NCBI GenBank assembly: GCA_043228905.1
Contig: JBHGNT010000002.1
Coordinates: 22,692,001-22,756,000 of the forward strand
DNA length: 64,000 bases
Direction of reading: 5' to 3'
Source of the DNA: Azolla caroliniana
Taxonomy: Eukaryota > Plantae > Polypodiophyta
Shown: positions 50,128 to 60,918 of the stretch, piece after piece
Layout of the letters: each line of letters opens with the position of its first letter
How positions within the stretch are numbered: position 1 is the stretch's first letter
Program-made: the position numbers and the translations under genes
Notes under the pieces: generated by a model
What the model saw: the letters and a program-made list of their open reading frames with translations, nothing else
Database searches by the model: none
What the model was told of the DNA's origin: nothing

Positions 50128-50493
50128 CTCCCAGAAACGGTCCGGCAGCACTTCGTCCTCTCCGCGCGTCGAGATCCCTGCAACAGCTCTTTCCCGCTCC
50201 TTATATAGGCCGACGAGCAGGCCGTCGTGTCAGCTTTATTCCCTGTCCCTTTTGGACAGGGATCCGCCCCGTTTTTCACGCATCCGCGTAGTTACGCCGC
50301 CGACTCGTACAGTTCGCGCGCGCGACCGAAAAGACTGTTCGCGCGGTCTTTGTCTCCACGCGAGTTAGGGCCCGTTCTTGCCGATTATCCTCCTAATTCG
50401 CTTCTATGTACAACTTGGAGCGTGCGCGCGTGAAGAACCGGTTCCCACGCCTTGGTGCGCCGATTCCGCCTATGGACGGTTTTCTTCACGACA

Positions 50494-51200
50494 ACGCTAT
50501 CCACGCATCGACTAAAGTCACGCCATTCTACGCTTATACGGGATATCATCCCCGGTGGTGTGTCCTTGAAACCCCAGAAGTGTCCACAAATCCTTGCGCG
50601 GAGGATCGTTTGGAGCGGTTACGCAAGATACAAGCGGATTTATCTACTCAACTCCAGCAAGCTCAACAATCACACAAGGACTACGCAGATCGTCATCGAC
50701 TTCCATCCAGTTTTAACATTGGAGATCGGGTGTGGCTGCTACGACGACACATCAAGACTACTCGCCCATGTGAGAAGTTGGATTATCGGCGATTAGGTCC
50801 TTTCCGTATTATCGGGAAGATTAATGATGTCACTTTTCGTCTCGAGCTACCTCCGCAACTTCGGATACACCCGGTGTTTCATAGTTCTCTCCTCGAACCC
50901 TATCACGAGAGCACTATCCCAGGACGTACTATACAACCTCCACCTCCTATCGAGCTCGAAGATGGACCTGAGTATGAGGTCGCTGCCATCCTCGATTCCA
51001 AGATTGTTCGCAACAAGCTCTACTATCTAGTCGATTGGCTAGGATATAGTCCCAGCGAGCGTACTTGGGAACCGATCGAGAATGTGACCAATGCTCGTGC
51101 TCTTCTAGAAGACTTCCATCGACGATATCCCGAGAAACCGGGTCCTCAATCCAAAACGACTCGTGAAACTCGTCGTTTTAAAGGGGGGATAGTGTCATAA
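50494..51200 (+). CDS. pol: Chromo-2 Pol, 3' part (INT C-terminus, GPF, group-I chromodomain); stop lies inside the 3' LTR
   Basis: Same frame as the 5' part; LGPFRI, IHPVFHSSLL, YEVAAILDSK...YLVDWLGY...TWEP. Confidence 0.93.
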
Positions 51201-51482
51201 CTAGACTCGAACCCATAACCTTTTGTTACACGGGTCGAGACTTTACCATTAGGTTATGAATTGTAATTTGAAGGATAATATTTTCATTTAGGTTTTATTG
51301 GGAAATTGATGTATATTCCAGATTTCTCTGGAACATTCTAGAAACTTCAGGAGTATTCCTGAAGACACTATAAAAGGAGGCGCAAGGCATTAGTTCGAAC
51401 CAAATCGGTTCAACGCCAGTCTTAAGCCTTCTAACTACTGTTGTATATCTTCCGTCATATAATACATATATCTTTCGCATCA

Positions 51483-51522
<40 letters not shown>

Positions 51523-52305
51523 ACTCATTCCTTCTCTCAAAGTTCGACACCTCTCATAGTACTAATCCTTCTCTGTCTTAGTACTATTCCCCAACAATAG
51601 TACTAATCCTTCTTTTAGTACTAATTCCTTCTCTGCCTTAATAGAGTTCCTGACAACGGGAGTGCAAGACTCCAACTATCACTATACGCAGGGAATGTAC
51701 AATGGCGAGCTGCAAGGCGACGACCTTGAGCTCGCTGTCCTCGCCACAGGCGGCGGTATTACACAGAGGCGTCGACCTCTTCCTTTCTCTCTCTCTCTCT
51801 CTCACTCTCTCTAAGTGGAAAACAAAAAAATGAGCAACCACTACAAAACTGTTTGCCCTAAGTCATATTTATACACATATGACTTTCGGGCTATTTACAA
51901 ATATAGCCTCAAGAGCCCTTGGCAAACATATTCACAAATATGTCCCCGCATCCGGATCTCTCTCCGGGTACATTCGTCATCCGGCTCCGTAGCCGGGGTC
52001 TTCATCATCCGGATTCGGAACCGGGTCTTCATCATCCGGCTCCGATACCGGGTACTCCTCATTCGGGTCTTCATTCCCGATTCCCAGACATCCGACCATC
52101 CCATCCGGAGGGACCGTAATCCCAACAAACTCCCCCTTCACTTCGGCATGGGATGTCTTTTCAGTCCGACCCTCTTCCGGCACGCTTCCAGCTTGTCGGG
52201 TGTGAGCACTTTGGTCAGCATATCCGACCCGTTCTCGTCCGTGTGGATCTTCGTCAGCACGAACTCCTGGTCTTCTATCCTTTCCCGGATCCAGTGATAT
52301 CTTCG

Positions 52306-55300
52306 CTAGATGTGCTTCGTCCGGGAGTGATAGGCCGCGTTCTGCGCAAGGTGGATGGCACTCTGACTGTCGCAGTAGAGTCGGTACTCCTCCTGCCGGA
52401 TACCGAGCTCTCTAATGAAGTCCTTCATCCATATTATTTCCTTGCCGGCTTCAACAGCCGCCATGTACTCCGCCTCCGTGGTTGACAACGCAACCGTCTT
52501 CTGCAGCCTCGACTGCCACGAAACAGCTCCCCCTGCATACGTCATCACATACCCTGATGTGGACCGGCTGGTATCTGCATCAGCCGACATATCTGAATCG
52601 GTAAAGCCGTCGAGTTCGGGCTTACCGGAGCCGAATTGGAGGCACACGTTTGTCGTGCCCTTCAGGTATCGGAGTATCCACTTGGCCGCGTTCCAGTGCT
52701 CTTTGCCGGGATTGCTCATGTATCGGTTCACCACTCCAACTGCATATCCTATGTCCGGTCTTGTACACACCATTGCGTACATCAAGCTTCCGACGGCAGA
52801 GGCATATGGTACTTTCATCATGTCCTCCTTCTCAGCCTTTGTCTTGGGGCTTTGCTTGCTGGACAACTTGCAGTTTGCCGGGAGGGTTGACCCGACCGGT
52901 CTTGCTTCCGACATGTTGAACCGGTGAAGCACCTTTGTCACGTACTTCTCCTGTGACAGCCACAACTGCTTCTTCTTCCGGTCCCGGATGATGTGCATCC
53001 CTAGTATTTGCCTCGCCGGACCCAGGTCCTTCATTGAGAAGGTTCGGTGAAGCGCTTTCTTCAGCATCCGTATCTTGACTTGGTCCCGTCCGACGATCAA
53101 CATGTCGTCCATGTACAGGAGGAGTATTAGAAAGTCTCCTCCTTCGAACTTCTTCACAAACACGCAGTGATCGGACTGCGTTTTGTGGTACCCTTCGTCG
53201 GTCATGAAAGAGTCGAACTTCCGGTACCATTGCCGGGGAGCCTGCTTCAGTCCGTAAAGGCTCTTCTTCAACCGGCATACCAGGTGCTCCTTCCCTTTCT
53301 TCTCGAATCCTTCCGGTTGCTGCATGTAGATCTCTTCTTCGAGGTCACCGTGAAGGAATGCCGTCTTCACGTCCATCTGTTCTACCTCGAGGTCCATGCT
53401 TGCCGCTATGCTCAGCACCGTCCGGATGGAGGTCATCTTCACTACCGGGGCAAATATCTTGTCGAAGTCGACGCCCTTCTTCTGCTGAAACCCCTTCACC
53501 ACGATCCTGGCTTTGTATCTCGGGGGGTTTCCGGCATCTCCCGGTTTCAGCTTGAACACCCACTTGTTTCGAAGTGCCCGCTTTCCTTTCGGCAACTCCA
53601 CAAGTTCATATGTGTGGTTCTCATGCAGGGAATCCATCTCCTCCTGCATGGCACTTAACCACTTGCGGCTATGGGTGTCAAGCTTTGCTTCTTCAAAACT
53701 CTCCGGCTCCCCTTCGTCGGTTAGCAGCACATGCTCTGGTTCCGGAAATCTCCGGGGGGCCCTTCTCTCTCTTAGAGGATATCTCCGTTCCGGAGATTCG
53801 GTAACCGGCTCCTCCGTTTCCTCTTCATCCGAATCCATTTCGGGATCGGGGCCGGTTCCGGTATCAGTTTCATCTTCCTCGGCCGGTTCTGTTTCTTCAC
53901 CGTCTTCGGCCGGATCCTCGAGTGCTAACCGGTCCCTTGCCGGTCGGGACTGCTCCTCGTAGAGTTGATCCTCACCGGTCGACTTGGAGCTCTTCATCTT
54001 CTTCTCCGACTCCCAGTCGGCGAGTGTCTTGTCCTCCATGAAGATGATATCACGACTTCGGAATATCTTTTTGTCGACCGGGTCCCATACTCGGTAGCCG
54101 AACTCGTCATCGCCGTAATCGAGGAATATGCATGGCCGGGTCTTTGGATCTAGCTTTCCTCTCCGGTCCTTTGCCACATGCACATATACGAGACACCCGA
54201 ACACCTTCAGATGCCGGTAGGATACTTCCCTACCGGTCCACACTCTCTGCGGCGTGTCTCCATCCAAAGGTACTGAGGGTGATCTGTTTATCACGTATGT
54301 CGCCGTCGACATTGCCTCAGCCCAAAACCCCTTGGGTAATTTCGCATGCGCCAGCATACTCCGGACCCTCTCCATTATGGTCCGGTTCATCCTCTCGGCC
54401 AACCCGTTCAGTTTCGGCGTCTTCGGCACAGTAAACTCGAGCCGGATTCCCTTCGAGCGACAATACTCCTTGAACTGCCCCCGGTATTCCCCTCCGTTAT
54501 CCGCTCGTATCGCTTTCAGCTTCTTGCCGGATTCCCTTTCCACTCTCGCGTAGAGTTCTTTGAAGACGCACAACACTTGGTCCTTTGTCTTCAACGGTGC
54601 CGTCCACAACTTCCGACTATGGTCATCAATGAATGTCACGAAGTACTGGGCTCCGCCATGTGACTTCGTTTCTACTTGACACACGTCAGTGTGTACCAAC
54701 TCCAATGGTGTGCTACGTCTCGTCGGTGGCCTTGAGTGGAAGGAGGTTCGGTTCTGCTTACCGGCCAGGCAATCGGTGCACTTCTCCAGGTGCACATGCT
54801 TCACTGGAATAAGGTTGTCTTCTGCAAGCCTCTTCATCCCCTTCTCACTCATGTGGCACAGTCTCTTGTGCCACAGCTCACCGGCAGTGTCGGCTGCCAC
54901 GTTCAACTCCTCCGGACACAACCAGGCATTCATAAGGTATAGTGTGTTGACTTTCCGGGCCCGAGCCACTATCAGGCTCCCCTTGCTGAACTTCATTACG
55001 TCGTTCCGGATGCTACCTGTGTAGCCTTCATCGTCTAGCCTCCCGGCCGAAATCAGGTTCAATCGAACCTCCGGAACGTGTCGGACATCCTTCAGCAACA
55101 TTTTGCATCCGGTCGAGGTTGTCAACCACACGTCTCCTATGCCGGCAATCCGGCACGTACCTTCATTTCCCATCCGAACACAGCCATGCTCACCGGCTGT
55201 GTAGGATGAGAAGTATCTTCTTTCCGGGGTCAGGTGGAACGACGCTCCGGAATCGACCACCCAGGTAGTCTCATCGCCGACAATGTTTAGTTCACCTTCT

Positions 55301-56211
55301 TCGGTGATGAGCATGATCTCCTCTTCACTTGCCGCGAGTGCCGTCGTTCCTTTCCGGTCCTGCTCTCGCCGATCCGAACCATTCCGGTCCGTGGCTCCCC
55401 GGTAAGCACCGTTCCGTTCCGAAGACTTCTTCGAATCGGTGTTGTCGGCTCCGTTGTCTTTTCGGTAATGCCGACAATTCTTTCGGAAGTGCCCCGGCTT
55501 CCCACAGTGGAAGCATGTGGGTCTTCCTCTTGACTGCGACCGGGTCCCCGACTTCTCCCGTCTTTGCGGACTCCGGTTCCGTTGTCTTCCCCGATCCGAT
55601 TCGGTAAGCAGCATCTTCGGATCGGAGGCCGGTTCTTTATCTCTCTGACGCGCTTCTTCGTTCAAAATGCTTGTCTTTACCGTTTGTAGGGACAAGTTAT
55701 CTTCGGTGCAGGAGGTGCTGTGAGTCACCACCAAGTTCTCCCAGCTTGCCGGCAATGTACACATCAGGATGATGGCTTGTATTGCATCCTCCAACGGGAA
55801 CTTGATCGCCGCAAGCTGGTTCACGAATCCCATGAACGTGCTTACGTGTTCCACCATACTCTCGCCGTCCCGGTACTTGAGGTTCACTATCTTCCTCATC
55901 AGGGAGGTCCGGTTCAACGCATTCTTCCTCTCGTAGAGGCCCGACAGCTTCTGCCACATCTCATATGCGTTGGTGTCGTTCGCCACATGTTGTAGAACGC
56001 TCACGTCGACGTATTGCCGAATGGTTGCAACGGCTTTCCGGTTCAGAAGCCTCCATTCCGTCTCAAGTACCCCCTTGGGTATTTCCGACCTGTCGATCGG
56101 TTCATACAGGTCCCGAACAATGAGCAGATCCTCCATCTTTATCTTCCAATCGGCGTAGTTCTGCGCATTCAGCACTATCATCCCCGGCTGCCCGCTGTTG
56201 CCGCCTTCCAT
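52306..56211 (-). CDS. Copia-2 Gag-Pol polyprotein; TAG after SRTKHI, frame stays open to 52138
   Basis: Single ~1300-aa ORF: CFHCGKPGHFRKNC, WVVDSGAS, VHTDV, DNGGEY, YMDD, TDSD, YCDSQSA; ATG at 56211. Confidence 0.95.
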   Translation of the reverse strand: MEGGNSGQPGMIVLNAQNYADWKIKMEDLLIVRDLYEPIDRSEIPKGVLETEWRLLNRKAVATIRQYVDVSVLQHVANDTNAYEMWQKLSGLYERKNALNRTSLMRKIVNLKYRDGESMVEHVSTFMGFVNQLAAIKFPLEDAIQAIILMCTLPASWENLVVTHSTSCTEDNLSLQTVKTSILNEEARQRDKEPASDPKMLLTESDRGRQRNRSPQRREKSGTRSQSRGRPTCFHCGKPGHFRKNCRHYRKDNGADNTDSKKSSERNGAYRGATDRNGSDRREQDRKGTTALAASEEEIMLITEEGELNIVGDETTWVVDSGASFHLTPERRYFSSYTAGEHGCVRMGNEGTCRIAGIGDVWLTTSTGCKMLLKDVRHVPEVRLNLISAGRLDDEGYTGSIRNDVMKFSKGSLIVARARKVNTLYLMNAWLCPEELNVAADTAGELWHKRLCHMSEKGMKRLAEDNLIPVKHVHLEKCTDCLAGKQNRTSFHSRPPTRRSTPLELVHTDVCQVETKSHGGAQYFVTFIDDHSRKLWTAPLKTKDQVLCVFKELYARVERESGKKLKAIRADNGGEYRGQFKEYCRSKGIRLEFTVPKTPKLNGLAERMNRTIMERVRSMLAHAKLPKGFWAEAMSTATYVINRSPSVPLDGDTPQRVWTGREVSYRHLKVFGCLVYVHVAKDRRGKLDPKTRPCIFLDYGDDEFGYRVWDPVDKKIFRSRDIIFMEDKTLADWESEKKMKSSKSTGEDQLYEEQSRPARDRLALEDPAEDGEETEPAEEDETDTGTGPDPEMDSDEEETEEPVTESPERRYPLRERRAPRRFPEPEHVLLTDEGEPESFEEAKLDTHSRKWLSAMQEEMDSLHENHTYELVELPKGKRALRNKWVFKLKPGDAGNPPRYKARIVVKGFQQKKGVDFDKIFAPVVKMTSIRTVLSIAASMDLEVEQMDVKTAFLHGDLEEEIYMQQPEGFEKKGKEHLVCRLKKSLYGLKQAPRQWYRKFDSFMTDEGYHKTQSDHCVFVKKFEGGDFLILLLYMDDMLIVGRDQVKIRMLKKALHRTFSMKDLGPARQILGMHIIRDRKKKQLWLSQEKYVTKVLHRFNMSEARPVGSTLPANCKLSSKQSPKTKAEKEDMMKVPYASAVGSLMYAMVCTRPDIGYAVGVVNRYMSNPGKEHWNAAKWILRYLKGTTNVCLQFGSGKPELDGFTDSDMSADADTSRSTSGYVMTYAGGAVSWQSRLQKTVALSTTEAEYMAAVEAGKEIIWMKDFIRELGIRQEEYRLYCDSQSAIHLAQNAAYHSRTKHI

Positions 56212-56704
56212 TTTCTGCACTGCAGTCGCTCTGATACCAGATTGTTAGGAATTGACTCTTTCCAAAACCTTCCCCTCTCGGCCACAACCGAGGAAACACG
56301 AATCAATGCAGCAGAAAATCGAAAACACAGAGAGAGACTCGAGTGCACAGGATTTAGCGTGGAAAACCCTAAACGGGAAAAACCACGGGAGTGCAAGACT
56401 CCAACTATCACTATACGCAGGGAATGTACAATGGCGAGCTGCAAGGCGACGACCTTGAGCTCGCTGTCCTCGCCACAGGCGGCGGTATTACATAGAGGCG
56501 TCGACCTCTTCCTTTCTCTCTCTCTCTCTCTCACTCTCTCTAAGTGGAAAACAGAAAAATGAGCAACCACTACAAAACTGTTTGCCCTAAGTCATATTTA
56601 TACACATATGACTTTCGGGCTATTTACAAATATAGCCTCAAGAGCCCTTGGCAAACATATTCACAAATATGTCCCCGCATCCGGATCTCTCTCCGGGTAC
56701 ATTC

Positions 56705-56895
56705 GTCATCCGGCTCCGTAGCCGGGGTCTTCATCATCCGGCTCCGTAGCCGGGGTCTTCATCATCCGGCTCCGTAGCCGGGGTCTTCATCATCCGGATC
56801 CGGAACCGGGGTCTTCATCATCCGAATCCGGAACTGGGTCTTCATCATCCGGCTCCGATACCGGGTACTCCTCATTCGGGTCTTCATTCCCGATT
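56705..56895. repeat. ~27-bp tandem repeats in the Copia-2 5' LTR (U3)
   Basis: CATCCGGCTCCGTAGCCGGGGTCTTCAT three times plus variants; fewer units in the other LTR. Confidence 0.9.
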
Positions 56896-56940
56896 CCCGG
56901 ACATCCGACCATCCCATCCGGAGGGACCGTAATCCCAACA

Positions 56941-59900
56941 ACGAAGACATCAGCGGCGCCGTGGAGGCGGTCTCTTTTGACGAAACCTTGGGTGAACTAC
57001 GAAAGGTGATCGATGAGGACCTTAGAGAAGACCGGACCGTTCCGGTAGGATCGATGGGAATGTACGAAGTCATTGCGGGCTTCGGGGAAAGGATCGGGAC
57101 GAATCGGACAGCCCGCGTGGATACGAAATACAAGACTGTGGACCGGAAGGTGAGGCCAGTCGCGGCACCCTTGCCGGAGGGCAGTGAGGAGCGGATGAAA
57201 GGGGTCGCATCGGACCCAAGTTTGCGGAATCCGACTGGTATAGGGCACCGGTTCACCGACATAACGCTACGGGAGCTCAAGGTCGGTGGGGGCGGCTTCC
57301 TACTGCCGGCAGAGGAGGACCGGTTTTGGAGAATGCTCGGAAGGCACAGGAAAGCTTTCGAATTCTCACCGGAGGAGATCAGGTGTGTAGACCCGACAGT
57401 TGTCGAACCGATGGTGATCTTCACGGTACCGCATGTACCGTGGAGTCTCAAGCCGATTCAGGTGCCAAGAGCTCACATCCCGAAGTTGTTGGAGCTCCTA
57501 GAGCAAAAGGTGGAGATGGGCATCCTCGAACTGTCGAGTGCCCCGTATTCGAATTGGTGGTTTACGGTGCCGAAGAAGAACGGCACAATTCGCTTCATCC
57601 AGGACCTACAACCGGTCAACAAGGTGACCATCCGTAACGCAGGGATCGGACCGACAATAGACGAGTTCGTAGAGGCCTTCGCTGGAAGGTCGATCTATTC
57701 TGTCGGTGACCTGTACTCGGGGTACGATCAGTTCCAGCTAGCTGTGGAGAGTAGAGACATCATGACGATGCGGACTCCTCTCGGCCTGGTGCGGATGTGT
57801 ACCTTGCCACAAGGAGGGACGAACTCAGTGGCTCACATGGTGAACGCAATGAACAAAGTGCTCAGGGATTGTATCCCGGACATCACCATGTTGTTCTTAG
57901 ACGACATCCTGATCAAGGGATGCCCAGTGGAGAAAAGGGACGAGGCAATCGGGCCGGACGGATGTCGGAATTTCGTGGCGTCCCACATCGATGACTACGA
58001 GAAGGTGCTGCAGAGGCTAGAGCGCGCGAGGCTCACCTTCTCCGGGGAAAAGTCGGCCTTCGGTCAGTTAGAGATCTTGGTGGTCGGACACCTGTGCGGG
58101 CCTTACGGTAGGAAGCCGTCTCCAGCAAAGGTAGAGGCCATCTCCGCGATGAGGAACGATTGCGGGTTGGTCACGGAGGTCCGCAGATTCTTGGGGGCAT
58201 GCGCGTTCTATCACATCTGGATCCCGCACTACGCACATGTCGCGGAACCCCTCTACGGACTATTGAAAAAGGGGCATAGCTTTGAGTGGAGGACGGAGCA
58301 CACGGAGTCGGTTCGGAGACTAAAGGAGGCGCTTATGGCGGCGCCGGCTCTCCGTAAAGCGGTTTACGGCAAGGATGTTCCCATCTGCGTAACGGTGGAC
58401 ACCAGCCCGACCGGGATCAGGTGGGTAATCAATCAGGAGGACGAGGGCGGCGTACGATTCCCGATCCGGTTCAGGGCGAAGGTGTTGAGTGAGCGGCAGC
58501 GAGGGTACGCCCAAGTTAAGCGCGAACTTTGGGGTGTCGTTTCGGCAGTCAAGGCCGTCAAGGATTACCTGATCGGGACGGAGGTGATTATCGAGATGGA
58601 CTGCTTGCCGATACTTGGCATGGTTTCCGGATGCGCGACGCTGGACCTAGCAATGCTCCGATGGATAGCGTACATCAAGACCCTGAACCCGGAGATACGA
58701 CACATCTCCGGAAAGGACAACGCCATGGCCGACATGCTTTCAAGGGCAAGGTTCAAAGACGAAGATGGCATGGTTTCAGATAACGAAGAAGTCGGCGAGG
58801 ACTTCTTCGGGTCGGCTAACGTAACGACGAGGAAAGGGAACACTCCGGCACTTAACGAATTTGACGAAAATAGGTACGACGGGGAGTGGCTCCAAATCGG
58901 GAGGTTCCTACGGACAATGACGCCGAACGCAGCGTGGGCGAGAGAGGAGGCAAGCCGGATACGGAGGAAGGCGTATCGATTCTTCCTGCGGGACGGGTGC
59001 ATATGGAGGCACCCAAAGAAGAGAAGCGGCATTCCACTCCGAGTAGTGGCAAAGAAAGAAGAACAGGGGAAACTACTAACGGCATTTCACGAGAGCCCCA
59101 GGGCAGGACACCGCGGGACGTGGGCCACTTTCGAGAAGCTGAAGGAAAAGTACTGGTGGCCGGGGCTGTACCGGGACGTGCATCGGTTCGTGACGACTTG
59201 CGAGAGTTGTCAGATGCACTCCGTAGTCCGACACCGGGACGAGCTACACCCGACCTAAACCCGCCTACGGTCCATTTCAAGTGGATGGTGGACTTGGTGA
59301 CGATGCCGATGGGGGTAGGACAAATGCGATACCTGGTGCTTGCACGGGAAGACTTAACGAACCAGGTGGAAGGCCGTGCACTACAAAGCAAGACAACCAC
59401 GACGGTATGCCGGTTCCTGATCGGAGAAGTAGTGTGTCGCTACGGGTGCGTTGGGAAGATCGTGGCAGACCGGGGAGAGCTGGATGCGCGGGAGGCCGAG
59501 GAGTTGTTCGACCGGCTGGGCGTCAAACTCTCCCTCACCACGGCGTACAATCTGGAGGCGAACGGAAAGGTGGAACGTGGGCACGGACCGATTGTAAAGG
59601 TGTTGGTGCGTACATGCGGTGGTCAGGTCGGGAATTGGCCACGACTCCTTCCTTATGCGCTATGGGCGGACCGGACTACGCATAGTTCGGTGACAGGGTT
59701 TATGCCGGCGGAGCTCATGTATGGACAAAAGCCGATCATGCCAGTGGAACAGATGGTTTCTTCGTCGGCGGCGGTAGATTGGAAGGACAAAATGAGCCGG
59801 GAGGAGTTGCTAGCGGCGCGGATTCAACAACTTGAGCGGAGGCCGGAGGACGTGATACAGGCGAAGGAAAAGCTGCGAGCAGCGAGGGAGCGTAACAAGA

Positions 59901-60226
59901 CCCGATTCAACCGGACACACCGGTTGCGACCAAAGAAGATCGAGGAAGGCGACTGGGTCTTGGTATACGACAACAACCTCAACAATCAGCACAAGGTGGT
60001 GCGAAAGTTTGCTAGGAGATGCTTCGGGCCCTACATGGTGACAAGCGCGAACGGCAACGGCACGTACCACCTCGCGGAACTCGACGGGACACGGTTAGCG
60101 GTGCCGGTTGCCGGAAAGCGGATCAAAGATTTCAAAAAGCGGTACGAAGACGAGCGGGAGCCTGCGAGTGGGAGCGACAGTGACGATCAGTTCGGGCCCG
60201 GCGGAGAATCAGAGAGCAACGAGTGA
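56941..60226 (+). pseudogene. Copy B pol (RT, RH, INT), continuing from 38200-38408
   Basis: ORFs 56961-59258 and 58886-60226 collinear with copy C ORF2; small frameshifting insertion near 59256. Confidence 0.93.
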
Positions 60227-60918
60227 GGCCGGTTTTCTTCGGTATCTACCTGTCTCTGGCACATGCCGGTGGATGCGCGGTTTGGTGGGGGTGGATGTCG
60301 TGAAGAAAATCGGCCATAGGCGGATTCGGAGAGAAAGGCACGTGAACCGGCTCTTACACGGATGGACGCGTAACTTGATATTTTGTACCTGATCCATAAA
60401 TGGATCGGTGGGTGAAATACGAGGCGACATGCATTTATCAAGGGTTTGTGCGTATCTCTGTCAGACGGAGGGGAGGACAAGGAATAAAAAGGGACTTGAC
60501 AAGAGAAGAAGGGGTATCGCGCGGGAGGAGGTGGAAGGGGGTTGCTGCAGAACGGAAGGCGAGCTCTCTCTCTTGGAGGAGGAATCGTCGCTCTCTGCGG
60601 GTGTCGGGAGGTCGCTGCCTCTGCTTCGTAGACAGCCCGTGTGCTTCCAGCAGAGTCGCTCCCCTTCCCCTTTTGTTTCTTGGAGTCGGTGACCGTCATC
60701 GGTGTGCGTGAGTAGGGTCCCCGTGTCGGGCCCGTCGCCGCTTTGTCGGAGTTTGTAATCTCTGTCATTATAATTAAGTGTTACGTTCTGTGTCTCTCTT
60801 CCTCGCTTCTACGTGTCGGTGAATCTTTCTCTCTCTCTATATCTCTCTCTCTCGCTCCTCCGTCGAAGACCCCCGTGGTCCCGCCCTTTTCTACACGTAC
60901 GCGCGTAATAACGCAACA

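Larger units (their letters stand above)
43160..50493 (-). mobile_element. GC-Gypsy copy C: intact, very young non-chromoviral Ty3/Gypsy
   Basis: 808-bp LTRs 43160-43967 and 49686-50493 with one visible difference; 4-bp TSD ACGC; PBS 49664-49681; PPT next to 43968; two open ORFs. Confidence 0.97.
38556..51655 (+). mobile_element. Chromo-2: young chromovirus (Tcn1/Tf1-like) inserted in the Copia-2 3' LTR
   Basis: TSD ACGGG (38551-38555, 51656-51660); LTRs 38556-39020 and 51193-51655 differ by about 1 substitution and one CT unit; PPT AAAGGGGGGA. Confidence 0.97.
38409..56940 (-). mobile_element. Copia-2: near-intact Tnt1/Tork-like Copia
   Basis: TSD ACGAA (38404-38408, 56941-56945); 5' LTR 56243-56940; 3' LTR split into 38409-38555 and 51661-52127; tRNA-iMet PBS 56228-56239; PPT 52128-52142. 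Confidence 0.97.
35399..60918 (+). mobile_element. GC-Gypsy copy B (non-chromoviral Ty3/Gypsy), defective, interrupted by Copia-2
   Basis: LTRs 35399-36034 and 60296-60918 (TGTCGTG...ACA); PBS 36039-36056; PPT GGTGGGGGTGGA before 60296. Confidence 0.93.

Noticed and set aside
43178-50433. Many long antisense or overlapping ORFs in GC-Gypsy copy C (and similarly in B, D, Copia-2)
   Set aside because: Expected in GC-rich coding DNA with few stops; no recognisable domains and not consistently conserved between copies.
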